Positions 13,494 to 22,944 of a stretch of DNA of 64,000 nt are shown piece by piece. The notes below the pieces were generated by a model. The model was not told the origin of the DNA, ran no database searches, and saw only the letters and a list, made by a program, of their open reading frames with translations. The DNA lies in NCBI GenBank assembly GCA_040954595.2, contig CM082585.2, positions 4,921,708 through 4,985,707 of the forward strand. Reading direction: 5' to 3'. The stretch is from Balanoglossus misakiensis (Eukaryota; Animalia; Hemichordata). The first letter of the stretch is position 1. Each line of letters begins with the position of its first letter. A program made the position numbers and the translations under genes.

Positions 13494-16400
13494 TTATCTT
13501 TTTGGGGTGAAGCCCGACCGCCACGTTCCACCCCGGCTCCCTAAGCAGGAAGTGGTGACACTTTCGCTTCGGTGAGCCTGGGCTCTCATGCGGTCCGAGT
13601 GGAAGTGGGTATCTATAGCCTGGGATAGTCCCCTGGCTGGTGACGCCGCACTGGGTCGTCTCCCTTCTGGGCTTCCGGCACTTGCTTGGGACTGTGGTCG
13701 TGGTGCCGCTGGGGCTTCCACTGCTGATTTCTTTCCAGATGGGGGCCCTTCCACTGTCCCCGAGAGGTCAGGTGGCCTCTCTGGGCTTGCTTTCTCGGGT
13801 GGCCTCCCCTGCTCATCCTGTGGCGGCCTTTTCTCTACCCTCTCCACCGATGCCGACTCCCCTCGAGGGCGGGATCCCGCAGATTTCCAGCGCCTGCTCG
13901 AACGGCTTCTCTTCCTCCTGCTGCACCTGATGGTGGTTGTCGAGGACGCAGTGCGAGTCGGGTTTGGTAGATGTCTCGCTGGCCTTAGGATCAGTCGTCT
14001 GGGCAATGTAACTTTTGCCACTTTCCCTTTCGTCCCTTGCCGACCATATGTCATGGGTACACTTTCACCCTCAAACCGCAACTGATTTCTTCGCATATCT
14101 AGAATCACTCTCCTTGTCCGCATAAAGTCTGCCCCTAGCAACATGTCATCACCTATCGGCGCTACATACACGTCCTCTGTGAATTTGGTCTTCCCCAACT
14201 TCAGGCGCAAAGGACCTACTTTATGGGCTTTCATTTCCATTTCACGCCCTGCAGTTTGCATGATGGTGGTTTTGAGTACTGGGGGGCGGTTCCCAAGACG
14301 GCTATAGAGACGGTCTGAAATGATGGTGACTTCTGCTGCCGTGTCTACTACTGCCTGTACTTTAATCTCTTCAACTGCAATGGGCACACTGTACATAGAC
14401 CCTGACACTAATTGACATAAAGTTATGGGCTGGGTGTCATCACCGCTGGGGGATTCATTCGCTGTGGATTCATCAGTGTCCGAATTCGGGGAATCATACT
14501 CCTGTTCGTCCAAAGACTCCCCTGACGAGTTGTACTGTTCGTCGGTTCGTGCATCCCTAGGGTGTAGATAGAACCCGTGCCCTTGCAATGTATTGTCAGT
14601 GTGGGTATCTAAAGTGGCCTGACACCCTGACCCCTCTTCTCGGATTTTGGCACAACCCTTGGTGTCAGTGTGTGTTGTCACCCTGTCAATTCCATTTCCT
14701 CCCTCCTTCACTTTGGGATCATCCCTTCTGAGTATTGGGCCCTTTGGTGGCTCCTGGGTCAAACTTAGGCCCTCTGGTCTGACCCTTTCCCGCTGCTCAG
14801 CGAATGTTACCCGTTTCTCCCCGGAATCTGAGGTTACTCTTTCCCTTCCCTTGGGGCATTCCCTACGGAAGTGTCCAGATTCCCCACAGTTAAAGCATTC
14901 CCGTCCCCTAGGGGAGGGTGACCGAGACCGGCCTGCCTCGCGTGGGGATAGGGTAACCACTGTCTTTCTCAAACCCTCTAAACTTTTGGCCATTTCGGTC
15001 ATTCGTTCGTTAAGGGTATTTATCCCGGGACTGGGACTCGGGTTACGTAGGGTTCGAAACCTCTCCCGCGAGCCCGTTCCGCTGTCCGTGGGTGATAAAT
15101 CCCGATCTCTGGGGGGTCGCTCCCGAGTAGCTGATCGCACGCGTATGAACTCGCCGTCGCTATCTGTCTCAGATGTTACTCGTTCTACTTCCCGACGCGA
15201 GGTTCGGTGGCCAAAGATCTCGCGATTGTTATATTGGAACCAACGTATTTTGTCTATGGCTTCTTCCATGGAGGATGCGCGTTGGTTAGCAACGTAAAGC
15301 CCTGCCTCGCGATCGGAGCATCCCTGACAAAACCTCATTATTGCCTGACGGTCCATAGCGCGTTCCGTCAGATCGGGGAAAGCGTTTGTCGCGAGGGACA
15401 GGATTCGATCGGCCCATTTTTCGAGTGACTCCCCCTCTTTCTGATGGGACTGCTGAAATCTAATCTGCGCGGTCTCTGGCAGTTCTCGGCGCCCAAAACG
15501 CTTGTCTAGCTTACTGACCAGCCGCTGGTAGCTGATATTTCGCTCGCGCCTGAGCAGTGTCGAGTGAAATTCGCTGGCGTCGCCGTCTAAGCAAAAGCAC
15601 AAGCAACATTTGCGTTCGCTTTCCGTCCAACCCTGGGCATCCGCGTAACAGGTGAATTTATCAAAAAACACGCTCCATTTCCTCTCCCCAGTGTAAACTA
15701 AAGTTTTGGGCGTATTAAATATCCTAGAGCTGAAAGCGGGCCCTTCCCTGCCCCCACCGTGCCTCATGCCTGTGAACGAAGATTCACCATAAGGGTGGTT
15801 TTGCGGCACATTCCCATACGTCGGAGTCCAGATGGCATTGGCTGGGGCGTATGGGCTAGGGCTGTTTCCCGTTTGAGATGGTGGGCCATAGTACGTGGGA
15901 TAGGGGATCCCCGGTACTGGAGGGGCGCCACCACGGTTTTCGGTGGGAAACCGCCAATCCGTGCGTTCGTAAGGGCTGGCTGGGACCGGTGTGAACCCCA
16001 TCGGATATGGTGGCGGTGGGGTAAAATACCTTGGGAAGTTGTCTGGTGGATACGGTGGAGACACCCCAACCTGGTTCCCTTGGTAATGGCTTTGCTCTGT
16101 TGTGTGAAAATTATCCCTGTCTCGGGGTCCCCTGCAGTACTCACTTGCTGTGGGAGGGTAACCCCAACTATCCAATTCTCGATGTTGGCCAATTTTCTCC
16201 CCTCCCCTGGGATATGGGGTTGTCTTGGGCCCTGTACTATTTCCCCTCTCATACTCCAGTGATGACTGATCACTTTTGCTAGCCCGCTCTGAAACTGGGA
16301 TTTCGGGTGGCCCCTGGAATTTCCCCGTTTTGCGTGTATTTCTGCAGGCCAGTGTTTGCCGGTCCTCATCACTGCTACTACTGCACCTTATTTCATAGGA

Positions 16401-16589
16401 CACCATTTCGTGAAATTCAGGTGTGGGCCTGAGATGAGGGATTTCCCCTAATATTTCTTTTGAGACCCTCCCGTATCTATTTCTGGCTCTCAAGATTGCC
16501 TTTGCCACTTTTTTACCTACCCCTGGCAAGGTCTTCAGGGTCATGAGGTCACATGTGTTAATATAAACTGGACCCCTGGAGACCATCAT
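13494..16589 (-). CDS. HhH (ComEA-like) - Gag capsid - CCHC zinc knuckle - aspartic protease fusion protein (~1031 aa)
   Basis: First ATG at 16589 (the ORF track starts at TTG 16616). N-terminal INTCDLMTLKTLPGVGKKVAKAILRARNRYG; P/Y-rich linker; capsid-like YTGERKWSVFFDKF...QKEGESLEKWADRI; knuckle CFNCGESGHFRREC; protease VVDTAAEVTII...LLGADFM; then a low-complexity tail. Confidence 0.9.
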   Translation of the reverse strand: MMVSRGPVYINTCDLMTLKTLPGVGKKVAKAILRARNRYGRVSKEILGEIPHLRPTPEFHEMVSYEIRCSSSSDEDRQTLACRNTRKTGKFQGPPEIPVSERASKSDQSSLEYERGNSTGPKTTPYPRGGEKIGQHRELDSWGYPPTASEYCRGPRDRDNFHTTEQSHYQGNQVGVSPPYPPDNFPRYFTPPPPYPMGFTPVPASPYERTDWRFPTENRGGAPPVPGIPYPTYYGPPSQTGNSPSPYAPANAIWTPTYGNVPQNHPYGESSFTGMRHGGGREGPAFSSRIFNTPKTLVYTGERKWSVFFDKFTCYADAQGWTESERKCCLCFCLDGDASEFHSTLLRRERNISYQRLVSKLDKRFGRRELPETAQIRFQQSHQKEGESLEKWADRILSLATNAFPDLTERAMDRQAIMRFCQGCSDREAGLYVANQRASSMEEAIDKIRWFQYNNREIFGHRTSRREVERVTSETDSDGEFIRVRSATRERPPRDRDLSPTDSGTGSRERFRTLRNPSPSPGINTLNERMTEMAKSLEGLRKTVVTLSPREAGRSRSPSPRGRECFNCGESGHFRRECPKGRERVTSDSGEKRVTFAEQRERVRPEGLSLTQEPPKGPILRRDDPKVKEGGNGIDRVTTHTDTKGCAKIREEGSGCQATLDTHTDNTLQGHGFYLHPRDARTDEQYNSSGESLDEQEYDSPNSDTDESTANESPSGDDTQPITLCQLVSGSMYSVPIAVEEIKVQAVVDTAAEVTIISDRLYSRLGNRPPVLKTTIMQTAGREMEMKAHKVGPLRLKLGKTKFTEDVYVAPIGDDMLLGADFMRTRRVILDMRRNQLRFEGESVPMTYGRQGTKGKVAKVTLPRRLILRPARHLPNPTRTASSTTTIRCSRRKRSRSSRRWKSAGSRPRGESASVERVEKRPPQDEQGRPPEKASPERPPDLSGTVEGPPSGKKSAVEAPAAPRPQSQASAGSPEGRRPSAASPARGLSQAIDTHFHSDRMRAQAHRSESVTTSCLGSRGGTWRSGFTPKR

Positions 16590-17139
16590 GATGTGATCTA
16601 TTGGCCCTTTAAACAAACTAATAACTAACTACACACTCCCTCACACAACCCGTGGGATTTACACGAGTGAACTGTTTTATTAACAAGAATAATCCCAACA
16701 CACAAAAGCTCACTCCCACACAAAAGAAACTCGAATGCTTGCTAAAGAAAATCTCTGCGCATGCGCCGAACCCCAAACACGTTTTTCGTAATGAGGACCC
16801 CTCTAGCAATAGAAATGGGCCCTATGTGCCAAGATGGCGGCCGAATTTCCGCCCACGCTGCTTTGGGAAAAAACGCAGAAAATTTGACTCAAACTACCTC
16901 CAAAACCCCGGTACCTACCCAGTACCGTCCCTTAACTTCGCTAAAAATCCCCGCGGTCCCCGAGAGTTTGCCCAGTGTCTTCTGGCCCCGGCAATCCCCG
17001 ATATCCCGTTTTTCCTATGCCCAGAAAAACCCCACGTCGCACCCGGACGCAATCGCTGGATTCCGACTACACAGAAACACCACTCTCCCTCCCCCGCGTA
17101 TCAAAAAAAAACGTTTCCCCACACTAGGCTCGAACACAG

Positions 17140-17152
17140 GCTCGCAGCGCCA
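17140..17152 (-). promoter_or_regulatory. Primer binding site of nested element, tRNA-Ser-like
   Basis: Minus strand TGGCGCTGCGAGC, 1 nt from the LTR. Resembles the complement of tRNA-Ser 3' ends. Confidence 0.7.
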
Positions 17153-17153
17153 A

Positions 17154-17325
17154 TGTTGTGATCGCCGATGTCTCACCTGAGTGCGTCTAATCTACGGTTT
17201 TCTAAAGGTCTTTTGGGAGGTCAGTCAAAGGCATGCTGCTCAATCCCAAGCATAGCAGAAAGAGAACGAACTACTTCCGCCCAGGGGTGGGTAGGGTCAG
17301 TGACGTCATGGGCAGATTCACAACA
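17154..17325 (-). repeat. 5' LTR of nested element
   Basis: Matches 13117-13288. Contains TGACGTCA and GGGCGGAAGT on the minus strand. Confidence 0.96.
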
Positions 17326-17329
17326 GAAG

Positions 17330-18550
17330 GATTCTGATGTGTCTAGAAAAAGGCGGGAAGAATCGCCAGCGCGCGAGAAATTGTTTTTGCAACAATTCGA
17401 AACACCTGCAGTTTCCGTTGCTAAGGAAGAATGTTGCGTTGGTATGGAAATAACCCCTGACCCCCAAAAGGGAGTCATTCATGCCAGCCAGCGCCACGTG
17501 GACAACAGTCCACGTTCTTATAGTTCTATGGAAGTCAACACTTCTCGTTCTCCAGTAGGCCTATCTGACGAATACGCGGGCAAATGTAGACGCGCGGCTT
17601 CTAACAAAACGAGTGAAATGTTTCCCGATCTTCCAGCGGAAACAGTACACACTAGAACGAGGGCATGGGTAGATGAACAAACCCTGCCTTCAAAGCATGG
17701 TGCTTATCGCTCTAGACTTATACCTGAACGGTATTCTGGCGATGTTTCTTGGGATATATATAAGATTCACTTTACCATATACTGCGATATGCATAAATTG
17801 AATGAGAGAGAGCGCAAAGAGTATTTGCTTGCAATGTTAACAGGTCCTGCGCTGCAACTTCTGAATTATGTGGATATTCAGCAGTTGACCTACCAACAAC
17901 TGTGTGAGCGGCTTGCTGCACGTTTTGGGTCAATCGGAAAAAGAGATATCTGTCGACTGCGTCTGAAACAGCGGCAGCGTAACGAAGGCGAGAGTTTACA
18001 AAGTTTGGCTCAAGATATAAGAGAGCTTGTAGCTGTTGCATATCCAGAGACAAAAGGCGACATGTTTGAACAACTTTGTATAGATGCATACTTCAATGCG
18101 GTTGACGTACCAGAAGTATGTAGAAAGATAAATGAAGCAGCCCGAAAACAAGGGTGCACATTCGATGATGTTATCAGAGAAAGTATCCATGAGGAAAATT
18201 ATTTGATGTTATCCGGATCGTTGCCGAACACCAATACTAGAAAGCGTGCTGGTGTCAAGGCTGTGGGGGAACATGAGGGTGCCACCAGTGTGTTGTCTGA
18301 GATGACAGCAGCAATGGCTAAATTACAACAAAATATGGAAATGTTGAAAGGGGAGATTTCAGCCCTTAAGGTCAATAAATCTACTGAAGGTCAAAGTTCA
18401 ACGGGTAGTAGGAAGGGAAATCCTACACCCAGGGTGTGCTACCAGTGTGGTCAGCCAGGGCATATTCGCAGGTACTGCCCATTGTTGAAACCCCAATATC
18501 CGTTAAACTTGGGTGGACTGGGCGTACAGCCCAACCCCCAGTCCCAATAA
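17330..18550 (+). CDS. gag: Gypsy gag, C-terminal part (capsid and CCHC knuckle)
   Basis: PERYSGDVSWDIYKIHF, RQRNEGESLQSLAQDI, CYQCGQPGHIRRYC; stop at 18550. Confidence 0.92.
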   Translation, partial: DSDVSRKRREESPAREKLFLQQFETPAVSVAKEECCVGMEITPDPQKGVIHASQRHVDNSPRSYSSMEVNTSRSPVGLSDEYAGKCRRAASNKTSEMFPDLPAETVHTRTRAWVDEQTLPSKHGAYRSRLIPERYSGDVSWDIYKIHFTIYCDMHKLNERERKEYLLAMLTGPALQLLNYVDIQQLTYQQLCERLAARFGSIGKRDICRLRLKQRQRNEGESLQSLAQDIRELVAVAYPETKGDMFEQLCIDAYFNAVDVPEVCRKINEAARKQGCTFDDVIRESIHEENYLMLSGSLPNTNTRKRAGVKAVGEHEGATSVLSEMTAAMAKLQQNMEMLKGEISALKVNKSTEGQSSTGSRKGNPTPRVCYQCGQPGHIRRYCPLLKPQYPLNLGGLGVQPNPQSQ

Positions 18551-21500
18551 ATAAGGACATTAGCGATCAGGCCAGATATGGCGCTAATGGTTTAAAGGGC
18601 TCAGTGACTACTAATACTAAAGATACAAAATCATTGAACAACATTACCGTCGATCATAATTTGAGTCATTCATCTTGGTGTGGTAAAACTAGATTGTTCA
18701 CTGACATTGCCATTCAGGGTATACCGGGTCGTATTCAGATTGACACAGGTGCTACTGACACTTTCCTGGCAGAGCACTGGTATTCAAAAATTCCAATGGA
18801 TGAGCGACCTCCGCTATATCATGTCAAGGAGGCTGTCAGTGCTTTTGGTAATAATAAACAAGAAGTTATTGGGTTTTGTTATTTAGAAGTGACCTTAAAG
18901 GGAACACATGCTAGGGTACCTGTCTATGTGGTTGAGTTGGAACCATGGGACCCAGGTGTTCTTGGTCTTTCAGCGATTGGCCCATTAAATGTAAAGATTG
19001 ACGCCTGTGCTGGGGTATTACACGTTAATGGGGAAATCATTACATGTCATGACAAACCTATCACGCCAAGGGGGACCAAGCCTTATGTTACTCGACTGAG
19101 GGTTGATAGAGATGTTGTTATCCCTGCGTGTAGCGAGACCATGGTATTTTGTAGAAAGGCAAAATTACCTGTAGACGGGCAGCTGGGCTTCATGGAAGGG
19201 CACCCTCGAGTGGCTAGTGTTAAACGGTTGACGAGGGCCCGAGTCTGCACCGAGGATTCAGGTGATTTCACTGCCATGGTCTTGCCCACCACATCAGTCA
19301 AGGGGTTTACTGATGGTGTGGGTGTATGCCATGCCGTAGTAAACCCATGGGATTCAAGAATCCCCTTGAGAGTTCTTAATGTTAACGAAACTGATCATCA
19401 TGTAAAAGCTGGGACTGTACTGGCATTACTTAGGGTTGAGCATGGGGAAATAGAGCCATTTGATTTATCTCCGAGTGATTCTAAGGGGACTGGAGCGATA
19501 TCCATAAAAACTATGGATGGAAACACTACATGTGATACTGTGATACCTGACCATCTTTCTGATTTGTATGAAAAAAGTAGTAGACTCTTAGATGAAAAAC
19601 AGAAACAAGAATTGGCTGATTTACTGGTTAAGTCAGCCGATGTCTTTTGTCGGAATGATAGGGACATAGGTAGGTCGGATATTATTAAACATAAGGTGGT
19701 GGTCGATGGCAATCCCGTCAGACAACGACCATATCGTACGCCTATCTGGAAACAGGAAGAAGTGGACAGACAGGTGAAAGATTTATTAGATAGGGGTTTG
19801 ATTGAAGAGTCCACAAGTCCGTGGGCTTCTCCAGTAGTCCTGGTTAAAAAGAAGGACGGGTCCCAACGTCTGTGTGTAGACTATAGAAAATTGAATGCGC
19901 TGACAGTGAAAGACAGTTTTCCACTTCCCAGAATCGATGATGCCCTTGAGTCCTTACATGGGGCAGAGTGGTTTTCCACCCTTGATTTGCAATCTGGGTA
20001 CTGGCAAATTGAATTAGACCCAGATTCACAACCGTACACAGCGTTCTGCACTAAGACAGGCTTATATCAGTGGAAAGTCCTCCCGTTTGGACTAACTAAT
20101 GCACCCAGTACTTTTGAAAGGATCATGGAGCGGTGTTTTAGTGGATTATCATGGAAAATCCTTTTATTGTATTTGGATGATGTTATTGTCTTCGCAAAGT
20201 CATTTGAGGACGAACTAGCGCGACTCAAAATGGTATTCGATCGCTTACGACAGGCTGGGCTTAAGTTGAAGCCAAATAAATGTGTGTTGTTTGCTACCAC
20301 TGTCGAGTTTTTGGGACATAACGTCTCAGCGGGAGGTGTTGCAACTGACTCGGGGAAGGTTGAGATTATCGAGAAATGGCCAACACCGGGGTCAGTGACA
20401 GAAGTACGTGCTTTTCTTGGCCTTGTTTCGTACTACAGACGATTTGTGAAAAATTTCGCCGAAATGGCAAGGCCTTTACATGACCTCACAAAGAAAAATG
20501 TTGTATTTGTATGGTCTGAAAAGTGCCAGGAAGCATTTGATGAATTGAAGCATGCTTTGACAGTGGCCCCTGTGTTGGCATTTCCGTCTGCAAATGACAC
20601 TTTTATATTGGATACGGATGCCAGTGGCACTGGCATCGGGGCTGTTTTAGCACAGGTGCAAGATGGCGTGGAACGCCCCATCAGTTACGGTGGTAGAGTG
20701 TTGTCAAGTGCAGAGCGCAAGTATTGTGTAACTAGAAAGGAGTTGCTTGCGGTGGTGAATTTTGTGAAGTATTATCGACACTACTTGCTTGGTCGTAAGT
20801 TTATTTTGCGTACAGATCATGCATCCTTGACTTGGCTGATGCGTTTCAAGAACCCAGAAGGGCAATTAGCCCGTTGGTTGGAGCTATTACAACAGTTTGA
20901 TTTTACTATTGTGCACAGACCAGGGTTACGCCATGCAAATGCAGATGCCCTGAGTCGGTTGCCGGCTTATGATTGTAAACAGTGTGGGCAGATGCATGCT
21001 AGTACTGAGGCTCCCACCTGTCAGACAAAGACACAGGAAGAGTCTAGCCATGGCTGTTTTACGTTAAATCCGTCGGATAATGAATTCGGCCAAGTGAAGG
21101 AATTGCAAACAGGGTCCGTGATGAATCAGTATGGCAGGTCTGGTGTGGCCGCCAGATCTGCTGAGATTGAGACGGAGAGTATCTGTGAGGGGAACGGACA
21201 GGGTGATCCAGGGGTACTTGTCTCGAAACCAGTATGGTCAAATGAAGAACTTCGGGAAAAGCAATGCCGGGTTGCCGGTATGAAAATTTTGATTTGTGCT
21301 GTAGAGAATAAGGAAGCCAGGCCTAAGTGGGAGGATGTTTCTACCTTCTCTCCGGAGGTCAAAAATTGTTGGGCTTCATTCGACCATTTGCGTGTTGTAA
21401 ATGGAGTCTTATACAGGCTATTTGAGTCTGCCGATGGTTTACGTGTCCGGTGGCAATTGTACCTACCGCAGGATTGTCGAGAGTCAGTGTTGCAGGAATT

Positions 21501-22944
21501 ACACACTGCCAAATCGGGGGGTCATTTGGGTATGGATAAGCTACTTTCTAAGGTGCGTCTGCGATATTTCTGGTCTGGTATGACGGCAGACGTTCGATCT
21601 TTTGTTAGAGGTTGTGATATTTGCGCTTGTCGACAGTCTGTAGGTCGACGGAAGAAAGCGCCCTTACAGACTTATATCGTTGGTTGCCCGATGGAGAGGG
21701 TAGCCATAGACATCTTGGGGCCATTTCCAGAAAGCTCTAATGGCAATAAGAAGGTGCTAGTCTTTGCCGATTATTTTACAAAGTGGCTAGAGTGTGTCCC
21801 GATAAAAGATGAGAGGGCGGTAACTGTAGCCGAAGCCCTTGTAAGTAATGTGTTCAGCCGTTTTGGCATGCCCAAAGAAATTCACTCGGATAGGGGCAGA
21901 GATTTTATTTCATCCGTCTTCAGAGAGGTATGTTCTCTTGTGGGAACTTCCAAAACGTATACGACACCTCGCCATCCCCAGAGTGATGGAATGGTGGAAA
22001 GACACATGAAATTCATTGTTGGGTCTCTTAAGACATACTTGGAACCCAAGGCCCACCAACGTGACTGGGACACTTACTTGCCGTACGTTACCATGGCCTA
22101 TAGGTCTGCTGTGCACTCCTCTACTGGGGAGAGTCCAAACATGCTGATGCTTGGGCGCGAAATTTCATTGCCTGTCGATCTGATGTTTGAAAATAACCTC
22201 GAAAATGATGACAGTGTTGGGTCGGACTATGCTTGGACCCTGCGTTCCAAGATACAGGATGCCCATGCTTGGGCCAGGGAGCAGCTGAAACGCAGTGCTC
22301 GTATACAAAAGAAACAGTATGATAGATATCTGGACAAAGATGGACTCACTGCTGGAGAGTTTGTGTGGTTAAAGGATGAGCGACGGAAGAAGGGGTTTTG
22401 TCCCAAACTCCAGCTCAATTATGAGGGTCCGTATATGGTGGTTGGTCGAGTTTCTGATGTTGTGTACCGCATACAGCGGAGCCCTCGTGCGAAATATAAG
22501 GTTGTTCATTTTGAGAAGTTGAAACGTTACGAGGGGAAACCACTTACCCCCTGGTTGGATCGCTCCTGCTTGCCCGATCTGGACCAGCGAATCCAGGATG
22601 GCATGCCAGAAACTGAATTGCCATCTAAGGCCGAAGAATCACTCCCAGCCGATCAGCCTTTCGACACACAGGAAGACGGGAAGAATACTACCCAGTTATG
22701 TGGTGGAGAAGATACAGAGATTGTGAAACCAGTTGCTGGGATCGAACTTCTTGAAGACGATACCGAGGGCGTTGAACACCAGGACCTGGAACCCGTCGCT
22801 GGTTGTTCTATGGATGATACCGGGGATTACAGAACTGGTAATGCAGGGAACGAGATATCGACCAAGGATGGACCTGTGGTGACTGGACGATACCCCAGGA
22901 GGAGACGAAAACCAACAAACTTCTATGGATTTGGACAGAACTGA
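18436..22944 (+). CDS. pol: Gypsy Pol polyprotein (protease, RT, RNase H, integrase)
   Basis: IDTGATDT; LCVDYRKLN, LDLQSGYWQ, PFGLTNAP, YLDDVI; LDTDASG, RKELLAV, TDHASL; integrase H-x6-H/CDIC, D-D-E and YEGPY. No internal stops. Probably expressed by frameshift from about 18508. Confidence 0.97.
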   Translation: MLPVWSARAYSQVLPIVETPISVKLGWTGRTAQPPVPINKDISDQARYGANGLKGSVTTNTKDTKSLNNITVDHNLSHSSWCGKTRLFTDIAIQGIPGRIQIDTGATDTFLAEHWYSKIPMDERPPLYHVKEAVSAFGNNKQEVIGFCYLEVTLKGTHARVPVYVVELEPWDPGVLGLSAIGPLNVKIDACAGVLHVNGEIITCHDKPITPRGTKPYVTRLRVDRDVVIPACSETMVFCRKAKLPVDGQLGFMEGHPRVASVKRLTRARVCTEDSGDFTAMVLPTTSVKGFTDGVGVCHAVVNPWDSRIPLRVLNVNETDHHVKAGTVLALLRVEHGEIEPFDLSPSDSKGTGAISIKTMDGNTTCDTVIPDHLSDLYEKSSRLLDEKQKQELADLLVKSADVFCRNDRDIGRSDIIKHKVVVDGNPVRQRPYRTPIWKQEEVDRQVKDLLDRGLIEESTSPWASPVVLVKKKDGSQRLCVDYRKLNALTVKDSFPLPRIDDALESLHGAEWFSTLDLQSGYWQIELDPDSQPYTAFCTKTGLYQWKVLPFGLTNAPSTFERIMERCFSGLSWKILLLYLDDVIVFAKSFEDELARLKMVFDRLRQAGLKLKPNKCVLFATTVEFLGHNVSAGGVATDSGKVEIIEKWPTPGSVTEVRAFLGLVSYYRRFVKNFAEMARPLHDLTKKNVVFVWSEKCQEAFDELKHALTVAPVLAFPSANDTFILDTDASGTGIGAVLAQVQDGVERPISYGGRVLSSAERKYCVTRKELLAVVNFVKYYRHYLLGRKFILRTDHASLTWLMRFKNPEGQLARWLELLQQFDFTIVHRPGLRHANADALSRLPAYDCKQCGQMHASTEAPTCQTKTQEESSHGCFTLNPSDNEFGQVKELQTGSVMNQYGRSGVAARSAEIETESICEGNGQGDPGVLVSKPVWSNEELREKQCRVAGMKILICAVENKEARPKWEDVSTFSPEVKNCWASFDHLRVVNGVLYRLFESADGLRVRWQLYLPQDCRESVLQELHTAKSGGHLGMDKLLSKVRLRYFWSGMTADVRSFVRGCDICACRQSVGRRKKAPLQTYIVGCPMERVAIDILGPFPESSNGNKKVLVFADYFTKWLECVPIKDERAVTVAEALVSNVFSRFGMPKEIHSDRGRDFISSVFREVCSLVGTSKTYTTPRHPQSDGMVERHMKFIVGSLKTYLEPKAHQRDWDTYLPYVTMAYRSAVHSSTGESPNMLMLGREISLPVDLMFENNLENDDSVGSDYAWTLRSKIQDAHAWAREQLKRSARIQKKQYDRYLDKDGLTAGEFVWLKDERRKKGFCPKLQLNYEGPYMVVGRVSDVVYRIQRSPRAKYKVVHFEKLKRYEGKPLTPWLDRSCLPDLDQRIQDGMPETELPSKAEESLPADQPFDTQEDGKNTTQLCGGEDTEIVKPVAGIELLEDDTEGVEHQDLEPVAGCSMDDTGDYRTGNAGNEISTKDGPVVTGRYPRRRRKPTNFYGFGQN
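18502..18544 (+). promoter_or_regulatory. -1 ribosomal frameshift signal (gag to pol)
   Basis: G_TTA_AAC heptamer in the gag frame (18502-18508), 6-nt spacer, then an 8-bp stem GGACTGGG/CCCAGTCC (18515-18544). pol is in the -1 frame. Confidence 0.75.

Larger units (their letters stand above)
13117..17325 (-). mobile_element. Nested non-autonomous (pol-less) Gypsy-type LTR element, 4209 bp
   Basis: Identical-looking 172-bp LTRs with TGTTGTGA...TCACAACA termini; TSD GAAG (13113-13116 and 17326-17329); minus-strand PBS and PPT; one long ORF without RT, RNase H or integrase. Confidence 0.96.

Noticed and set aside
13588-16372. Several 100-216-aa ORFs overlapping the nested element's CDS
   Set aside because: Antisense or alternate-frame shadows of a GC-rich coding sequence.
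16400-16589. Bacterial comEA gene or contamination
   Set aside because: The HhH segment is in frame with Gag inside an LTR element with TSDs in clearly eukaryotic DNA; no bacterial gene context.
16652-17180. 169-aa and 139-aa + strand ORFs in the nested element leader
   Set aside because: No recognisable domain; open frames are expected in a stop-poor, C-rich leader.
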